From the NCBI GenBank assembly GCA_051546255.1, contig CP128817.1, positions 1,302,001-1,366,000 of the forward strand: 64,000 bases of DNA, written 5' to 3'. Position numbers and translations under genes: made by a program. The DNA is from Meyerozyma guilliermondii. Its lineage: Eukaryota. This document shows, piece after piece, positions 11,901 through 22,831 of this stretch. Numbering within the stretch: the first letter of the stretch is position 1; the number at the start of each line of letters is the position of its first letter. Below the pieces are notes generated by a model. The model searched no databases and was not told where the DNA came from. It saw only the letters and a program-made list of their open reading frames with translations.

Positions 11901-14704
11901 CTCAAAGTTTCCATACTAGGTGCTTTTGCTCGCAAGTTTCGTAAGATAGGTTCAGGAAGATCAAACTGTACCATAGGATGGTCGAATGCCCATATCCGTC
12001 TATCTATCGACTTGCAAAGCGAAAGTAAGATTTTCAGAAGACTTCCCCATCTTCTGTTCACAGCCACAAGAAACAACGCTCTGCAAATTCTAGCAGAGTT
12101 TTGAGCCACATAGTTGCAATCTGATATCAATGAAGAGTCCTTGATGGTCGCATGCGACACAAACGCCTGTAACAAAATATTGGTCTTCCCCGGAGCAGAA
12201 TCAATGTCTCCTGGTATCTGGCAAGGAATTTCATTTTCCATAAGCGCTTTGAGCTCGTTAGCTTCTTCTTGACGAAACTTGATGCCATCAAATTCACTGC
12301 TCATACTGATCATTGCTAGAACATCTGCCTCGGTAGCCCGAGGGCTCAACAGTTGATTGAATATTTCAACAGTGTTGTTAAGTAGATAAAAGTCAGATGC
12401 AATTCTTCCCAAATCCTTGGGTATAAAAGTACCAGAGTCCTCGTCAAAAATAATCATTTGCAATTGATGAAGTCTTCTTGCTGCATTCACTATCATAGTA
12501 TGCCGCCTAGTTGTTAACATAGGATCATCTTGCAATTCTCGCCATTCGATTCCATAGGAATATGGGTTCTTACGCATTCGGACCATCAAATAAGTGTACC
12601 CAAGCCACTGAACTCCTTCATGAACATTGGTCACCGAGCCAAGAGATATCTCTGCATTCAAATTATCGATCAATTTAGATGCCAACTTCGACTCAATTGG
12701 ATGCTGCTGGGTAATTAATGAGACGTAATGGTCAAGTCGATCACTTGTGGTGCATAAGATACCTGTACCAAACTTTTCGAACTGAGGTCTTCCTGCTCTT
12801 CCAAATATCTGAATGACATCAGAGATCCCCAAATCGACAAAACCTCCCTTGTTAGCATCATAAACCTGAGTACCTTTGACGATAACTACGGCAGCCGGTA
12901 AATTAACACCCCAAGCTAATGTTGCTGTACAGCAAAGTACCTTTATGGCACCGGAAGCAAACATTTTCTCTGTTAGGTTTCGGTCTGATCTAAGCATTCC
13001 AGCATGATGTATACCAAATCCGTTTTGAAACAATTCACGAGAATCTTTGTTTCTGTTCTTCCCTGCAACATCCCTTTTAAATCTTTCATAACTAGGCGAT
13101 TCTGAGCAGTCAAAGAGTGAAGTTTCGTTGAATTTTTGTGCTTGGGCAATGAATCCTCTGGCAGATTTAATTGTATCTTTTCTCGAGTGCACAAATACCA
13201 TCACCTGTAAGCCCTGTTCTATGTACTCCACGAGTTTATCATAGGATACTTTGTCTATGTTTTCTCGAGAAGTCATGCTACCTGCTTTACCTCTAACACC
13301 GAGCAATTGCTGCTGAAGGGGAATGGGTCGGAAAGATTGGTCAAAGTAGTACATTCCAACCGAACGATTCACACCAAGAAAGTCGGCAACATCAACGTAA
13401 TTGGGTAAGGTTGCAGAGAGACCAACTATACGTATCATAGACTGCGTGCTCTCCACTTGTCGTAAGGTACGAGCAACTAAAGATTCAATGACAGATCCTC
13501 GGTCTTCGTGCAACAAATGCACTTCGTCTATAATTAACAACTTCACTTTGGACACAAGCTCGCTATCGCCAGTCAGCTTTCTTGTAACCACATCCCACTT
13601 TTCTGGAGTGGTGACAATGATCTGAGTAGTCATAATTTCTGCCCTGGTAAGTTGCATATCTCCAGTCAATTCTTTGACAGATATTCCGAGCCATTTTAAT
13701 TTACTGCTGAATTTTTCAACGATTTCAGCTGCTAATGCTTTAAGTGGAGCAACGTAAACTATTTTAAACTCATCATAGTCAATGTCAATGTTAATTTCCT
13801 CGTCGCCGACACTTTCGGTTACAAACAGGTTGATGGTATGTAACACTGTCAAAAGAGCAATATCAGTTTTTCCCGCACCGGTCGGAGCACAAACTAACAT
13901 GTTTTCGTTGGTATTGTATGCCACAGGGTACACCAACGACTGGACCTTGTTAAGTGTCTTATAGTTGTTGAACGTTCCCTTACACAAGAAATCAAGATTT
14001 TCCACCACAATCAAATCGCTATCAGAAATCCATTTGTTGGACTTTGTGTCTGGATATGGAATGACGATTTCTTCATGAGTTGCATAACTATTTCGAGTTG
14101 TTCCCGTTGGAAGTGCAAGTTTTTTGCCAGTAATAGCAATCAAATCGCCAGGATCCGCATTTTTGAAAACGTGTGGGTATTTTCGATGCTTGTTGAACTT
14201 TAAGTTAGCATTATCAAGTTTGTTTCGTTGCTGGGTTGCCGCAAGTTGTTTCGCTAGTTGATCCGGTGTGAAGAAAGCGGAATCACCGTTTTTTTCCGTC
14301 TCATCCTTCAGCAAAACAGACTTGTTTTGCATGATCATGGTGATCAAGTCAAATTCTTCAAATCCCAAGAGGTCGAATAAAGATGATTGTAGCTCCTCGT
14401 CGGAGTTTGACAGTCCTACGGTGGACTTCACAGACTCGAAAACCGACATACCTTCTTTTTGCTGGTTTATTCGTTCACATTCTTGTTTGATTTGTGCTAC
14501 TATGTTGTTATTGGTGGATAATTGTTCCACTTTCTCGACAGAAATGTCTTCAAAAGATTCTAATACCTTTGATACGTCGGTAATATTCGAATTTTCGTTG
14601 TCGATTCGATAGTTTTTAAAGCGTGGCTCTGGCAATTGCTTTAAACCGTCTATCAAATGCTGCATGGCTTGCATGTACAGCTTCGTAGATGTCATGGTAT
14701 ACAT
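8933..14704 (-). CDS. SLH1: Ski2-like tandem helicase Slh1/Rqt2 (ASCC3 orthologue)
   Basis: Two helicase cassettes (APTGAGKT/DEVH and SPTGSGKT/DEIH), each with a Sec63 domain. ATG is at 14704 or 14695. Confidence 0.95.
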   Translation of the reverse strand: MYTMTSTKLYMQAMQHLIDGLKQLPEPRFKNYRIDNENSNITDVSKVLESFEDISVEKVEQLSTNNNIVAQIKQECERINQQKEGMSVFESVKSTVGLSNSDEELQSSLFDLLGFEEFDLITMIMQNKSVLLKDETEKNGDSAFFTPDQLAKQLAATQQRNKLDNANLKFNKHRKYPHVFKNADPGDLIAITGKKLALPTGTTRNSYATHEEIVIPYPDTKSNKWISDSDLIVVENLDFLCKGTFNNYKTLNKVQSLVYPVAYNTNENMLVCAPTGAGKTDIALLTVLHTINLFVTESVGDEEINIDIDYDEFKIVYVAPLKALAAEIVEKFSSKLKWLGISVKELTGDMQLTRAEIMTTQIIVTTPEKWDVVTRKLTGDSELVSKVKLLIIDEVHLLHEDRGSVIESLVARTLRQVESTQSMIRIVGLSATLPNYVDVADFLGVNRSVGMYYFDQSFRPIPLQQQLLGVRGKAGSMTSRENIDKVSYDKLVEYIEQGLQVMVFVHSRKDTIKSARGFIAQAQKFNETSLFDCSESPSYERFKRDVAGKNRNKDSRELFQNGFGIHHAGMLRSDRNLTEKMFASGAIKVLCCTATLAWGVNLPAAVVIVKGTQVYDANKGGFVDLGISDVIQIFGRAGRPQFEKFGTGILCTTSDRLDHYVSLITQQHPIESKLASKLIDNLNAEISLGSVTNVHEGVQWLGYTYLMVRMRKNPYSYGIEWRELQDDPMLTTRRHTMIVNAARRLHQLQMIIFDEDSGTFIPKDLGRIASDFYLLNNTVEIFNQLLSPRATEADVLAMISMSSEFDGIKFRQEEANELKALMENEIPCQIPGDIDSAPGKTNILLQAFVSHATIKDSSLISDCNYVAQNSARICRALFLVAVNRRWGSLLKILLSLCKSIDRRIWAFDHPMVQFDLPEPILRNLRAKAPSMETLRDMEAPELGDLVHNNRMGNVLYSLVGKFPYLEIDAEIFPITSNVMRIHVDLSPDFVWDERYHGNAQIFWVTIEESDKSEILHIEKFILNKKQMRSPHELNFMIPVGDPAPPQIVVRVLSDSWIGSETVHTISFQHLVKPNNETVRTNLLRLQPLPISALHDSQVEAIYGLKFRYFNPMQTMTFHSLYNSNSSVFVGSPTGSGKTVVAELAIWHAFKEFPGSKVVYIAPMKALVRERVDDWRARIQANTKHKLVELTGDSLPEAREVREADIIITTPEKFDGISRNWQTRKFVQEVSLVIMDEIHLLASDRGPILEMIVSRMNYIASHTKRPIRLLGMSTAVSNAVDMAGWLGVKEGLFNFPQSVRPVPLQMYIDGFPDNLAFSPLMKTMNKPAFMAIKQHSPNKPVLIFVASRRQTRLTALELIHLCGAESDPRRFLKLSDSELQEILEDVKDDTLRIALQFGMGLHHAGLVESDRQISHRLFESGKIQILVATSTLAWGVNLPAHLVIIKGTQFFDPKIEAYRDMDLTDILQMMGRAGRPAFDTSGTAIVFTKESKKVFYKHFLNIGFPVESSLHKVLDNHIGAEISAGTITTRQEAMDFLTWTFLYRRAHNNPTYYGIEDQSQAGISGFLGNLIDETIENLKESKCVITKGADELEPTGFLHISSYYYLSHKTMRNLVSRIHKDTSFRECLRLLCEAVEYDELATRHGEELINMEMSQSMRYSGEDMQKEFIWDPHVKAYLLIQAFMSRVELPIADYSQDTISVLDQALRILQAYIDAAAELGYLDSVLMFIKLMHCIKQRYWYDDNPATALPGLTLNQEFGKYTLQELGNMNKGKHEQICHKFDVNRQRYLDTFGQDNREWSTEAVRSEFLKIVSHLPTANMNVSYLEDSILTVELEHNNFPLTKEFKMYCPHFPKAQRESWFVIVADESTRELLLLSRASPKMVGRKGKITCTLDIDDEVAGRDVTVLCINDAMDIQYSKKYTLK

Positions 14705-14781
14705 GATAAACGTCGAAATCTGACTCACAGACTTGGACCTTTTGCCTTTGGTGAACTGCACATATACTGTTGTATGCAGTA

Positions 14782-14821
14782 TGAAGATTTTTAGTTAGCT
14801 TATGCGATGCGATGAGATGAG
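14782..14821 (+). promoter_or_regulatory. RRPE-like element plus PAC element upstream of HAS1
   Basis: TGAAGATTTTT at 14782 and GCGATGAGATGAG at 14809-14821. Confidence 0.7.
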
Positions 14822-14839
14822 GTTGGAGAAACTGATATC

Positions 14840-16549
14840 ATGAGCAAAGGTGTGAAATCAAAAACCAGGCTGGAGTCCAAGCCAAAAGCTCACAAGAAGC
14901 AAAGCGATACGAATGGTACGAAACGTAAACGTGAAAATGAAGAAGAAATAAGCTCTGATGAAGAAGAAGCAGACAACGAGAAGTTAGTCTCGGAATTAGA
15001 TCAGAATTTCGACGATGTTGCCGAGCTTCTTGACGGCGATGTGGCTGATTTCAAGGAAGAGAAGAAACAGAAAAAGAACAAGGAACCAAAAACCGTGCTG
15101 GAAAATGCTTTACAACCATATGCTCAAGCTGACGAGTCCACTAGTGGGTCGGACAAGTTTGAGGATTTGGGATTATCAGAACCCACAATGCGTGCTATCA
15201 AAGACATGGGATTTGAAAAGATGACTAAAGTCCAGGAAAAGACAATCCCACCTTTGTTGGCTGGTAGAGATGTGTTGGGTGCTGCCAAGACTGGGTCTGG
15301 AAAGACTTTGGCGTTTCTCATTCCTGCTATTGAGATGCTTTATTCACTCAAATTTAAGCCTAGAAACGGTACTGGTGTAATTGTGGTCTCGCCTACCAGA
15401 GAGCTTGCCTTGCAAATATTTGGCGTAGCCAGAGATTTGATGGCACACCACTCACAAACTTTGGGAATTGTCATTGGAGGTGCCAATCGTAGACAAGAAG
15501 CTGACAAGCTCATGAAAGGTGTCAACTTGTTAATTGCCACGCCGGGTAGGTTATTGGATCACCTTCAGAATACCAAGGGCTTTATTTTCAAAAACTTGAA
15601 GGCTTTGGTCATCGATGAAGCCGACAGAATATTAGAAATTGGATTTGAAGACGAAATGAAACAAATTATCAAGGTGTTGCCTAGCGATGAGAGACAGTCC
15701 ATGTTATTCTCAGCTACCCAAACCACCAAAGTCGAAGATTTGGCCAGGATATCGTTGAGGGCAGGTCCGTTGTATATCAATGTTGTACCGGAAACTGAGG
15801 TTTCGACGGCTGATGGATTGGAGCAAGGCTATGTGACGTGTGACTCTGATATGCGGTTTTTGCTTCTCTTTTCATTTTTGAGAAGAAATATCAAGAAAAA
15901 GATCATTGTGTTTCTTTCATCTTGTAACTGTGTCAAGTACTTTGGTGAGCTCTTGAACTATATTGACCTTCCAGTTCTTGACTTACATGGAAAGCAAAAG
16001 CAGCAGAAGCGTACCAATACTTTTTTTGAGTTCTGTAATGCCAAACAAGGTATCTTGATTTGTACCGATGTGGCAGCCAGAGGTCTTGATATTCCAGCTG
16101 TAGACTGGATTATTCAATTCGATCCTCCAGATGACCCTAGAGACTATATTCACCGTGTGGGACGAACAGCTCGTGGTACTGGTGGAAAGGGTAAATCATT
16201 AATGTTCTTGACTCCTTCGGAACTTGGATTTTTGCGATACTTGAAGGCTGCAAATGTTCCTTTAAATGAGTACGAATTCCCCACCAATAAAATTGCCAAT
16301 ATTCAATCTCAATTGACCAAGTTGATCAAGGGAAATTATTGGTTACACCAATCTGCCAAGGATGGTTATAGGGCATATTTGCAGGCATATGCTTCGCATC
16401 ACTTAAAGACTGTCTACCAAATTGACAAATTGGATTTGGTCAAGGTTGCGAAATCCTTTGGTTTTGACGTCCCTCCCAAGGTTAATATTTCAATTGGTGC
16501 CAGTGGGAAGAGCATAGAGAAGAAGCACAAAAAGCAGAGAAGACAGTAG
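14840..16549 (+). CDS. HAS1: DEAD-box RNA helicase Has1
   Basis: [29 protein letters not shown] and FKPRNGTG motifs. Confidence 0.97.
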   Translation: MSKGVKSKTRLESKPKAHKKQSDTNGTKRKRENEEEISSDEEEADNEKLVSELDQNFDDVAELLDGDVADFKEEKKQKKNKEPKTVLENALQPYAQADESTSGSDKFEDLGLSEPTMRAIKDMGFEKMTKVQEKTIPPLLAGRDVLGAAKTGSGKTLAFLIPAIEMLYSLKFKPRNGTGVIVVSPTRELALQIFGVARDLMAHHSQTLGIVIGGANRRQEADKLMKGVNLLIATPGRLLDHLQNTKGFIFKNLKALVIDEADRILEIGFEDEMKQIIKVLPSDERQSMLFSATQTTKVEDLARISLRAGPLYINVVPETEVSTADGLEQGYVTCDSDMRFLLLFSFLRRNIKKKIIVFLSSCNCVKYFGELLNYIDLPVLDLHGKQKQQKRTNTFFEFCNAKQGILICTDVAARGLDIPAVDWIIQFDPPDDPRDYIHRVGRTARGTGGKGKSLMFLTPSELGFLRYLKAANVPLNEYEFPTNKIANIQSQLTKLIKGNYWLHQSAKDGYRAYLQAYASHHLKTVYQIDKLDLVKVAKSFGFDVPPKVNISIGASGKSIEKKHKKQRRQ

Positions 16550-16642
16550 TACATATTAGCTGAATAAAATTGCATTGATCAATTCGCGACATTTTGCACT
16601 AATTCAAAAATTTGAGATCTACTGATTGAAAAATAAAGCGAT

Positions 16643-16659
16643 CGCGAAATTTAACGCGT
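16643..16659 (+). promoter_or_regulatory. SCB-like CGCGAAA and MCB ACGCGT G1/S elements upstream of POL31
   Basis: CGCGAAA at 16643 and ACGCGT at 16654-16659, directly before a replication gene. Confidence 0.65.
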
Positions 16660-16672
16660 TATAGTTTTCTTA

Positions 16673-18136
16673 ATGACTAGCAAGTACATAAATAATGGTC
16701 TTTCTCTAGACCAAAAGACGCACAGAGATGGCTTGTTCATGGATAATTACAACAAGGAGCAGGACTTCAGCCTAAAACTCAAAGATCGAACTTATAACCT
16801 GCAATACTTTTCCATGTATCAATACAGACTTCTGGTTCTCAAGGACAGAGTCGACCAGAATGCTATTTGGAAGTGGGGAGATGGCGACAAAAGAGTAGAT
16901 GGTCAAATCATCAAGAGAAAAGAAAAAATCTTGGATATCGAAAGTGGAGAGATGTGCTGGGTTAGTGGCACAATCTTTCTGGATATGAACAACAAGCAGA
17001 ATATTCTCAAAGATGTCGAAAATGGAGTGGACGATGTGCTTCCAAAGGCCAAGCAATCGTATGTTTCGGGCGATGTACCTCCCGTACTTATGCTTGAAGA
17101 TGATTCTGGTCGGGCTATTCTTCACAATGATGATTTTTTGAAGAAAAATTTATTAGTCACTGGGTGCTTTGTGGCAGTTCTTGGTATAGAGGTACAAGCA
17201 GGAATATTCGAAATCTTGGATGTGGTATACCCAGTCATATCTCCACAATTGCCATTGCCAACGAAACGTCAACCTTCCGGCGAGTATATTGCATTGGTAT
17301 CAGGACTCTCTGTTTCTGATGCTGCAAATTACGACTTGAAATTAGAACTACTCAAACAATATATTCTTGGAGAGCTCGGGAACGAGTCTGATACGAGCCG
17401 TGCACTGACCATCAAGCATTTGGTCATCGCAGGCAGCAGCGTTGCTTCGCTTCCTGAAAAAACTGGTGAAGATGACTTTACATCAGCAAGTGATTTTGGG
17501 TCAAAAAACGTCTCTAGATTCAACGCAGAGTCAATTGAGATGTTTGACAGCTTCCTTGCGGATATTGTGTCCAGTGTTCCGGTAAGTGTTATGCCAGGAG
17601 AAGATGATCCTACTGAAATATGTCTTCCTCAACAACCGTTGCATCGGTCAATCTTTCCATCTACAAAGCGATATGCGAACGGACCAAACCTTCAGTACCG
17701 AACCAACCCTACCTGGCTTGAAGTGAACGGCATTAGGATGTTGGGTACAGCTGGTGAAAATGTCAATGATATATGCAAGTATCTTCCCGAAAGTCTTACA
17801 ACACCAGAGTCTACAATTGATATTATGAGAGCCAATATAAAATGGCAGAATTTTACTCCAACAGCTCCCGACACATTATATTGCTACCCTTTCAAAGATA
17901 GCGACCCGTTCACATTGTCAGACGAAACTCCTCATTTGTACTTTGTTGGGAACCAAGAAAAATTTGAATCGGCTGAATTCAGAGCACAGAGAGACCATAA
18001 TAGTGATGACGAGGTTACGGTGCAATTGGTGAGTATTCCCAAATTTGCAACTACGGGACAGGTGGTACTTGTGGACACTGGTGATCTAAGCACCAACGTG
18101 GTTCGTATCGATGTAGACGACGGCGAGCTACTTTGA
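16673..18136 (+). CDS. POL31: DNA polymerase delta subunit 2
   Basis: QYFSMYQYRL, LEDDSGR, MPGEDDP...LPQQPLH, PTAPDTLYCYPF and PHLYFVGNQ motifs. Confidence 0.95.
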   Translation: MTSKYINNGLSLDQKTHRDGLFMDNYNKEQDFSLKLKDRTYNLQYFSMYQYRLLVLKDRVDQNAIWKWGDGDKRVDGQIIKRKEKILDIESGEMCWVSGTIFLDMNNKQNILKDVENGVDDVLPKAKQSYVSGDVPPVLMLEDDSGRAILHNDDFLKKNLLVTGCFVAVLGIEVQAGIFEILDVVYPVISPQLPLPTKRQPSGEYIALVSGLSVSDAANYDLKLELLKQYILGELGNESDTSRALTIKHLVIAGSSVASLPEKTGEDDFTSASDFGSKNVSRFNAESIEMFDSFLADIVSSVPVSVMPGEDDPTEICLPQQPLHRSIFPSTKRYANGPNLQYRTNPTWLEVNGIRMLGTAGENVNDICKYLPESLTTPESTIDIMRANIKWQNFTPTAPDTLYCYPFKDSDPFTLSDETPHLYFVGNQEKFESAEFRAQRDHNSDDEVTVQLVSIPKFATTGQVVLVDTGDLSTNVVRIDVDDGELL

Positions 18137-18270
18137 GACTAATAATAGCATTTTACAGCCGCACAGGACACAGATTTTCACCCACTGCACCGCAACTGTT
18201 ATAAACAGCCCCCCTGCGAAAATCTTCAGGGGTAACCACCTGGGCAAGATATAGCAGGCGTTAATTTGGC

Positions 18271-18293
18271 CACGAAAACAAGCCACACGAAAA
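18271..18293 (+). promoter_or_regulatory. Tandem SCB elements (CACGAAAA x2) upstream of SSD1
   Basis: CACGAAAA at 18271-18278 and 18286-18293. Confidence 0.5.
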
Positions 18294-18915
18294 TAAGCAT
18301 TAATTGCCACTTTCATCAAAACTGTTACAAATTGTACGCCTAATAAAACGTTACCCTACTTCTTGCTTGTGGCTTTCTTCCCGCAGTAGACGCTATTTAC
18401 GAAGTATCTCCCAACTCGTAAACCACCAATTATTTTTCAATTTCATTGGTGCTTTAACTCGGGGTTATACTCGGTACATTCCCTTGAAAACTGCTTACAC
18501 AACAGCTTCTTGCTCGGATTTCGGCATCGTTGTGAAACAAGTTGCGTGACGCCACCAATTTTCCGCGAATTCTTGGACAGCGAATTGAATCTCCTTCAAG
18601 TGGTCACTTCCAGCATTCACGCCCAAGTCAATCGACTAACATAATTGACACTTTGCAATCTCCTTACAAAGACAAAGTGTCCTACAAGGCAACATTCCTT
18701 GATTCTTAACTGCACTCCTTCCAGCAATCGATTCAATCTATTGCTCGCACTCCCTTGCATTGACGGGCAGCTTCGTACCGTTGCTTGCAAATTGCCAATT
18801 GCTCCTTAAACGTGGCCAATTGTTCATTTTTTGCTTTGTTGAACACCTTATAGAACGGTAGTGTGATCAGTGACCGAGAGCTTTATATTATTTTTCCCAT
18901 TTCCTTCTTTTCAAC

Positions 18916-21900
18916 ATGAGCCAAGATCCTAAAAAGACAAGAAATTTACACATTGCGCACCGGAAATCTCCTAGTGAGTTGACCAATCTTATGGTGGAGC
19001 AATACAACCTCCAGAAACAACTTGAGGCGGTACAGGCACAGCAAAAGCAGATTTTACAACAGCAGCAACAACAACAGCCTCAATTTGCTTACCCCAGTGG
19101 TCCTGATTTGATGCCTCCTCCTTCATCGTATCGTTCACACTCTCGCTCCTCATCGGCCGCGTCACAAAGTGGCCAGCCTTTCAATCACAGGAGGACCGGC
19201 TCCAACACCTCGCCAGGGCACAATAGACGGCACTCGTTGGGCATTAATGAGGCCATGAAGGCGGCCGCTACTCAACGTCAGAATAACATGACTTCTTTGA
19301 GCCCATCCAGTAGTACCAAGGCTTCGCTGAGTCACGATGAATCATCCTATGCAAAAGCTGATGAACCTTCATCACCTGGCTCTTTCAAATTTCCGCCTAG
19401 TGGGCATGGCTCGGACAGCGACTCTGCATCACCACCTCACTCAGGCCACTCTCGTTCTCGGTCTCTTGCGTATGGCCAACAATCGTTCAAATTCCCTCCA
19501 GAGGGTAACCCAAGTTTACTTCCTCCTACTCCCAACTTTAGCTTCAGTCATAGCCCGGAAAGAGGAGGGGGACATCAGAGAAGGGGATCGCATTATCGTT
19601 CAGGATCTCGCAACTTTGACCCTAATGGCCATACAAACATGAACTCCAATTGGAGAGTTCAGCAACAAGGTAACCAGCGCCAGCAAAATTCGCAACAATT
19701 AGAGCCTCCTCTGGCTTCGTTCGTTCCAGGTCACAGACCTCGTCATAGCTCCTACGGCGGAGGATCATCAATTTCTTCGCTTTCTCAATTCATGCCTAAC
19801 AACCAAGGTAACAACAATAATGGATCGAATGCAAGCGGACGCAAATCGTTGTTTGCACCGTATCTTCCTCAATCCACTCTTCCAGAACTAATCGCTGATG
19901 GAAGATTGGTTACGGGTACATTGAGAGTCAATAAGAAAAACCGTTCAGATGCCTACGTTTCGACAGATGGCTTGCTTGATGCTGATATTTTCATTTGTGG
20001 ATCGAAAGATCGTAATAGAGCCCTTGAGGGTGACCTAGTCGCCGTAGAGCTCTTGGTTGTTGACGAAGTATGGGATTCAAAGAAAGAGAAGGAAGAAAAG
20101 AAGAGACGCAAAGATAATGTTGGTAAGTCTAACAACTTCGTCATGAATGATGATATTCACAATGACGCGACCTCCACCTCGACGTCTGCTGTTGGCGATG
20201 ACGACAAAAAGGACAACGACGATCTGGGCAACGGTTTAATGAGACGTGGCTCACTCAAGCAAAGACCAACAATGAAGAAGAATGATGATGTTGAAGTCGA
20301 GGGTCAATCTTTGCTTCTCGTAGAAGAAGAGGAGATCAACGATGAAGTCAAGCCATTGTACGCGGGCCACATCGTCGCTGTAGTGGACCGTATTCCAGGT
20401 CAATTGTTCTCTGGTACTCTAGGCTTATTGCGGCCCGCACAAGCAGCACAGGCAGCAAGAGACAAGAGAGATGGTAAGGAGCTGTCTGTTCAAACCCCCA
20501 GAGTGCCTAAGATTGTTTGGTTCAAGCCAACGGATAAAAAAGTACCCTTGATTGCCATTCCTACTGAACAAGCACCAAAGGACTTTGTTGAAAATCACGA
20601 GAAGTACGCTAACGAATTGTTCGTTTCCTCCATCAAGAGGTGGCCAATCACTTCTTTGCATCCCTTTGGAACCTTGATCAGCAAGTTGGGACCTATCAAT
20701 GACCCCGCAACGGAAATTGACTCTATTTTGAGGGAGAGCAACTTTTTATGTGAGGAGTATCCTCCAGCTTCTGAACAGGATGATCCATCTAGAGGATTGT
20801 TATCGGACATTCCTGACGCAGAACCCGAATTGACAAATTTGAACAGAACCGAATACTTGAATGATTATATCATTTCATTTACGCAAAACAATCAGTTTGT
20901 TGATCACGCATTACATGTCAAAAGAATTTCCAATACGAAAATTGAGTTGGGTTACCACGTTGCCGACATTTCTTATTTCGTTCGTCCTGGATCTATTATC
21001 GATCGCAAAGCAAAGAAGAGATCCTCGTCAGTGTTCCTTCCACAAAAGGTTGCACATTTGTATCCCGACAGACTCAACGAAATGGTCTCGTTCAAGGAAA
21101 ATGAGCGAAACTTGGCGATGACTGTCATCTTTGAAATTGATACCTCATCGTTCGAGGTTGAGGATCTTTACATCCACGAATCAGTGATTGTTCCAAAACA
21201 GCTTGTATCTTACGACTCTTTTGATGCAATTCTTTCTGGTAAGCAAGTGGAGGGAATCTCTTCGGCAAGTTCAGATTACATAAAGACTTTCAGCTTGATT
21301 TCGAAAGAGTTCCGGAGACAGCGTTTGGAGAACAAAGATTTGGGCATCACTCCAAACACCACCTTGCTTGATCTGCTTGATGATGAGCGTGTAAGACTCC
21401 ATTTGAATATCTTCCATGACAGTGTTGCAAGTGACATTATCAACGAGATATCTCATAAAGTGAATGGCGCAGTTGCTTCCAAGATCCATGCTGGTTTAGG
21501 CGATGCAGCATTTTTACGTCGGCACCCACTTCCTACTATTCTGAAACTCGAGACTTTTGTAAGAAAAGCGGCGAACTTGGGCTTCACTATAGATACCGCA
21601 ACATCTGCGACATTGCAAAACTCTATTCTCAAAATTCAGGACACCGTGAAACGTCAATGTGTTGAGACCTTGCTATACAAATGCATGTCTAGAGGCAAGT
21701 ATTTTGTGGCTGGCAAGCAAGATCCTGATAATTACGGTCACTTTTACTTTAATTTGCCGTTGTACACTCATTTCAACGCCCCAATTCGTCGTTACGCTGA
21801 CTTAATCGTACACAGGCAGTTGAAGGCTGTAATTAATGGGGTGGAAGATGCGGCATCGGTTGACTTGGACAGCATGAAGGCAACCGCTGATTATTGCAAT

Positions 21901-22692
21901 TTCAAAAAGGATTGTGCGTCAAATGCACAAGAGCAAGCTGTACACTTGTTGTTATCTCAAACGATTAACGAGATCAGCGAGAGCGCTGGCCAACTTCTTT
22001 GCATGGGTACAGTGATCCAAGTTTATGAGTCGTCGTTTGACGTTTTCCTTCCCGAGTTTGGGGTTGAAAAACGGGTTCATGGAGATCAATTACCTCTCGT
22101 GAAAGCTGAATTCGACAAAAATGAAAGAGTCTTGGAGTTGTTTTGGGAGAAGGGTATTGATACTGCGACGTACATCCCTGCGGATGAGCAGCTGTCATTA
22201 TCATACAGAAACTCGATAAAGAACAAGTACCGTACTTCAGCAGTTGAAGTCGCCAAAATTCAAAACAAGTCTCTTTTAGAGAAAAAGAGTATGAGTAACG
22301 ATACCATCGTTGAGAAGTTGGCCAAGTTGAATTTGGAGCCACCGAACCTTCATTTACCCACGATCGTTCCTCTGCGAAACATTGACCAAGAGCACTCGCT
22401 TAATGCAAGGTCAATGCCTAACTCACCTACTCAGGCGGCTTTCCCCAAGAATGTAAGAACAGCTTCTAGCACACTTATTGGGACCGATGCGTCGAGCGAT
22501 TTGCCCGCGCCCCTGGAAGCACCTAGTGGATTGAAGCCTTACTTGCAAATGATAAGCACGAGAATTGAAAAGGACTCTTACATCCAGGAAATACGGGAAT
22601 TGTCACAAGTGCCTGTGCTCATTCGTGCCGAGATTGGAATGGCGTTGCCATGTTTGACGGTACGTGTGTTGAACCCATTTTCTGAACAATGA
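18916..22692 (+). CDS. SSD1: Ssd1 mRNA-binding RNase II-family pseudonuclease
   Basis: N-terminal HxRxxS Cbk1 sites and FKFP docking motifs, RKSLFAPYLPQ, DRNRALEGD, and an RNB domain. Confidence 0.97.
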   Translation: MSQDPKKTRNLHIAHRKSPSELTNLMVEQYNLQKQLEAVQAQQKQILQQQQQQQPQFAYPSGPDLMPPPSSYRSHSRSSSAASQSGQPFNHRRTGSNTSPGHNRRHSLGINEAMKAAATQRQNNMTSLSPSSSTKASLSHDESSYAKADEPSSPGSFKFPPSGHGSDSDSASPPHSGHSRSRSLAYGQQSFKFPPEGNPSLLPPTPNFSFSHSPERGGGHQRRGSHYRSGSRNFDPNGHTNMNSNWRVQQQGNQRQQNSQQLEPPLASFVPGHRPRHSSYGGGSSISSLSQFMPNNQGNNNNGSNASGRKSLFAPYLPQSTLPELIADGRLVTGTLRVNKKNRSDAYVSTDGLLDADIFICGSKDRNRALEGDLVAVELLVVDEVWDSKKEKEEKKRRKDNVGKSNNFVMNDDIHNDATSTSTSAVGDDDKKDNDDLGNGLMRRGSLKQRPTMKKNDDVEVEGQSLLLVEEEEINDEVKPLYAGHIVAVVDRIPGQLFSGTLGLLRPAQAAQAARDKRDGKELSVQTPRVPKIVWFKPTDKKVPLIAIPTEQAPKDFVENHEKYANELFVSSIKRWPITSLHPFGTLISKLGPINDPATEIDSILRESNFLCEEYPPASEQDDPSRGLLSDIPDAEPELTNLNRTEYLNDYIISFTQNNQFVDHALHVKRISNTKIELGYHVADISYFVRPGSIIDRKAKKRSSSVFLPQKVAHLYPDRLNEMVSFKENERNLAMTVIFEIDTSSFEVEDLYIHESVIVPKQLVSYDSFDAILSGKQVEGISSASSDYIKTFSLISKEFRRQRLENKDLGITPNTTLLDLLDDERVRLHLNIFHDSVASDIINEISHKVNGAVASKIHAGLGDAAFLRRHPLPTILKLETFVRKAANLGFTIDTATSATLQNSILKIQDTVKRQCVETLLYKCMSRGKYFVAGKQDPDNYGHFYFNLPLYTHFNAPIRRYADLIVHRQLKAVINGVEDAASVDLDSMKATADYCNFKKDCASNAQEQAVHLLLSQTINEISESAGQLLCMGTVIQVYESSFDVFLPEFGVEKRVHGDQLPLVKAEFDKNERVLELFWEKGIDTATYIPADEQLSLSYRNSIKNKYRTSAVEVAKIQNKSLLEKKSMSNDTIVEKLAKLNLEPPNLHLPTIVPLRNIDQEHSLNARSMPNSPTQAAFPKNVRTASSTLIGTDASSDLPAPLEAPSGLKPYLQMISTRIEKDSYIQEIRELSQVPVLIRAEIGMALPCLTVRVLNPFSEQ

Positions 22693-22831
22693 AGCAGAAT
22701 CCTTCTTTAACGAATCCTACGAGTCATCTTATATAATTGTCATATTTTCTACATTTTAGTTATTTCTCCCCCACGTAGACTCATTCTCCGCGAACGCAGA
22801 AAATTAAAGTGAAAAATTAATAATCGCTTAA

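Noticed and set aside
18634..18671. GACTAAC branch-like motif in the SSD1 upstream region
   Set aside because: No AG follows closely (the nearest is ~30 nt away, unlike other introns here), and there is no good donor.
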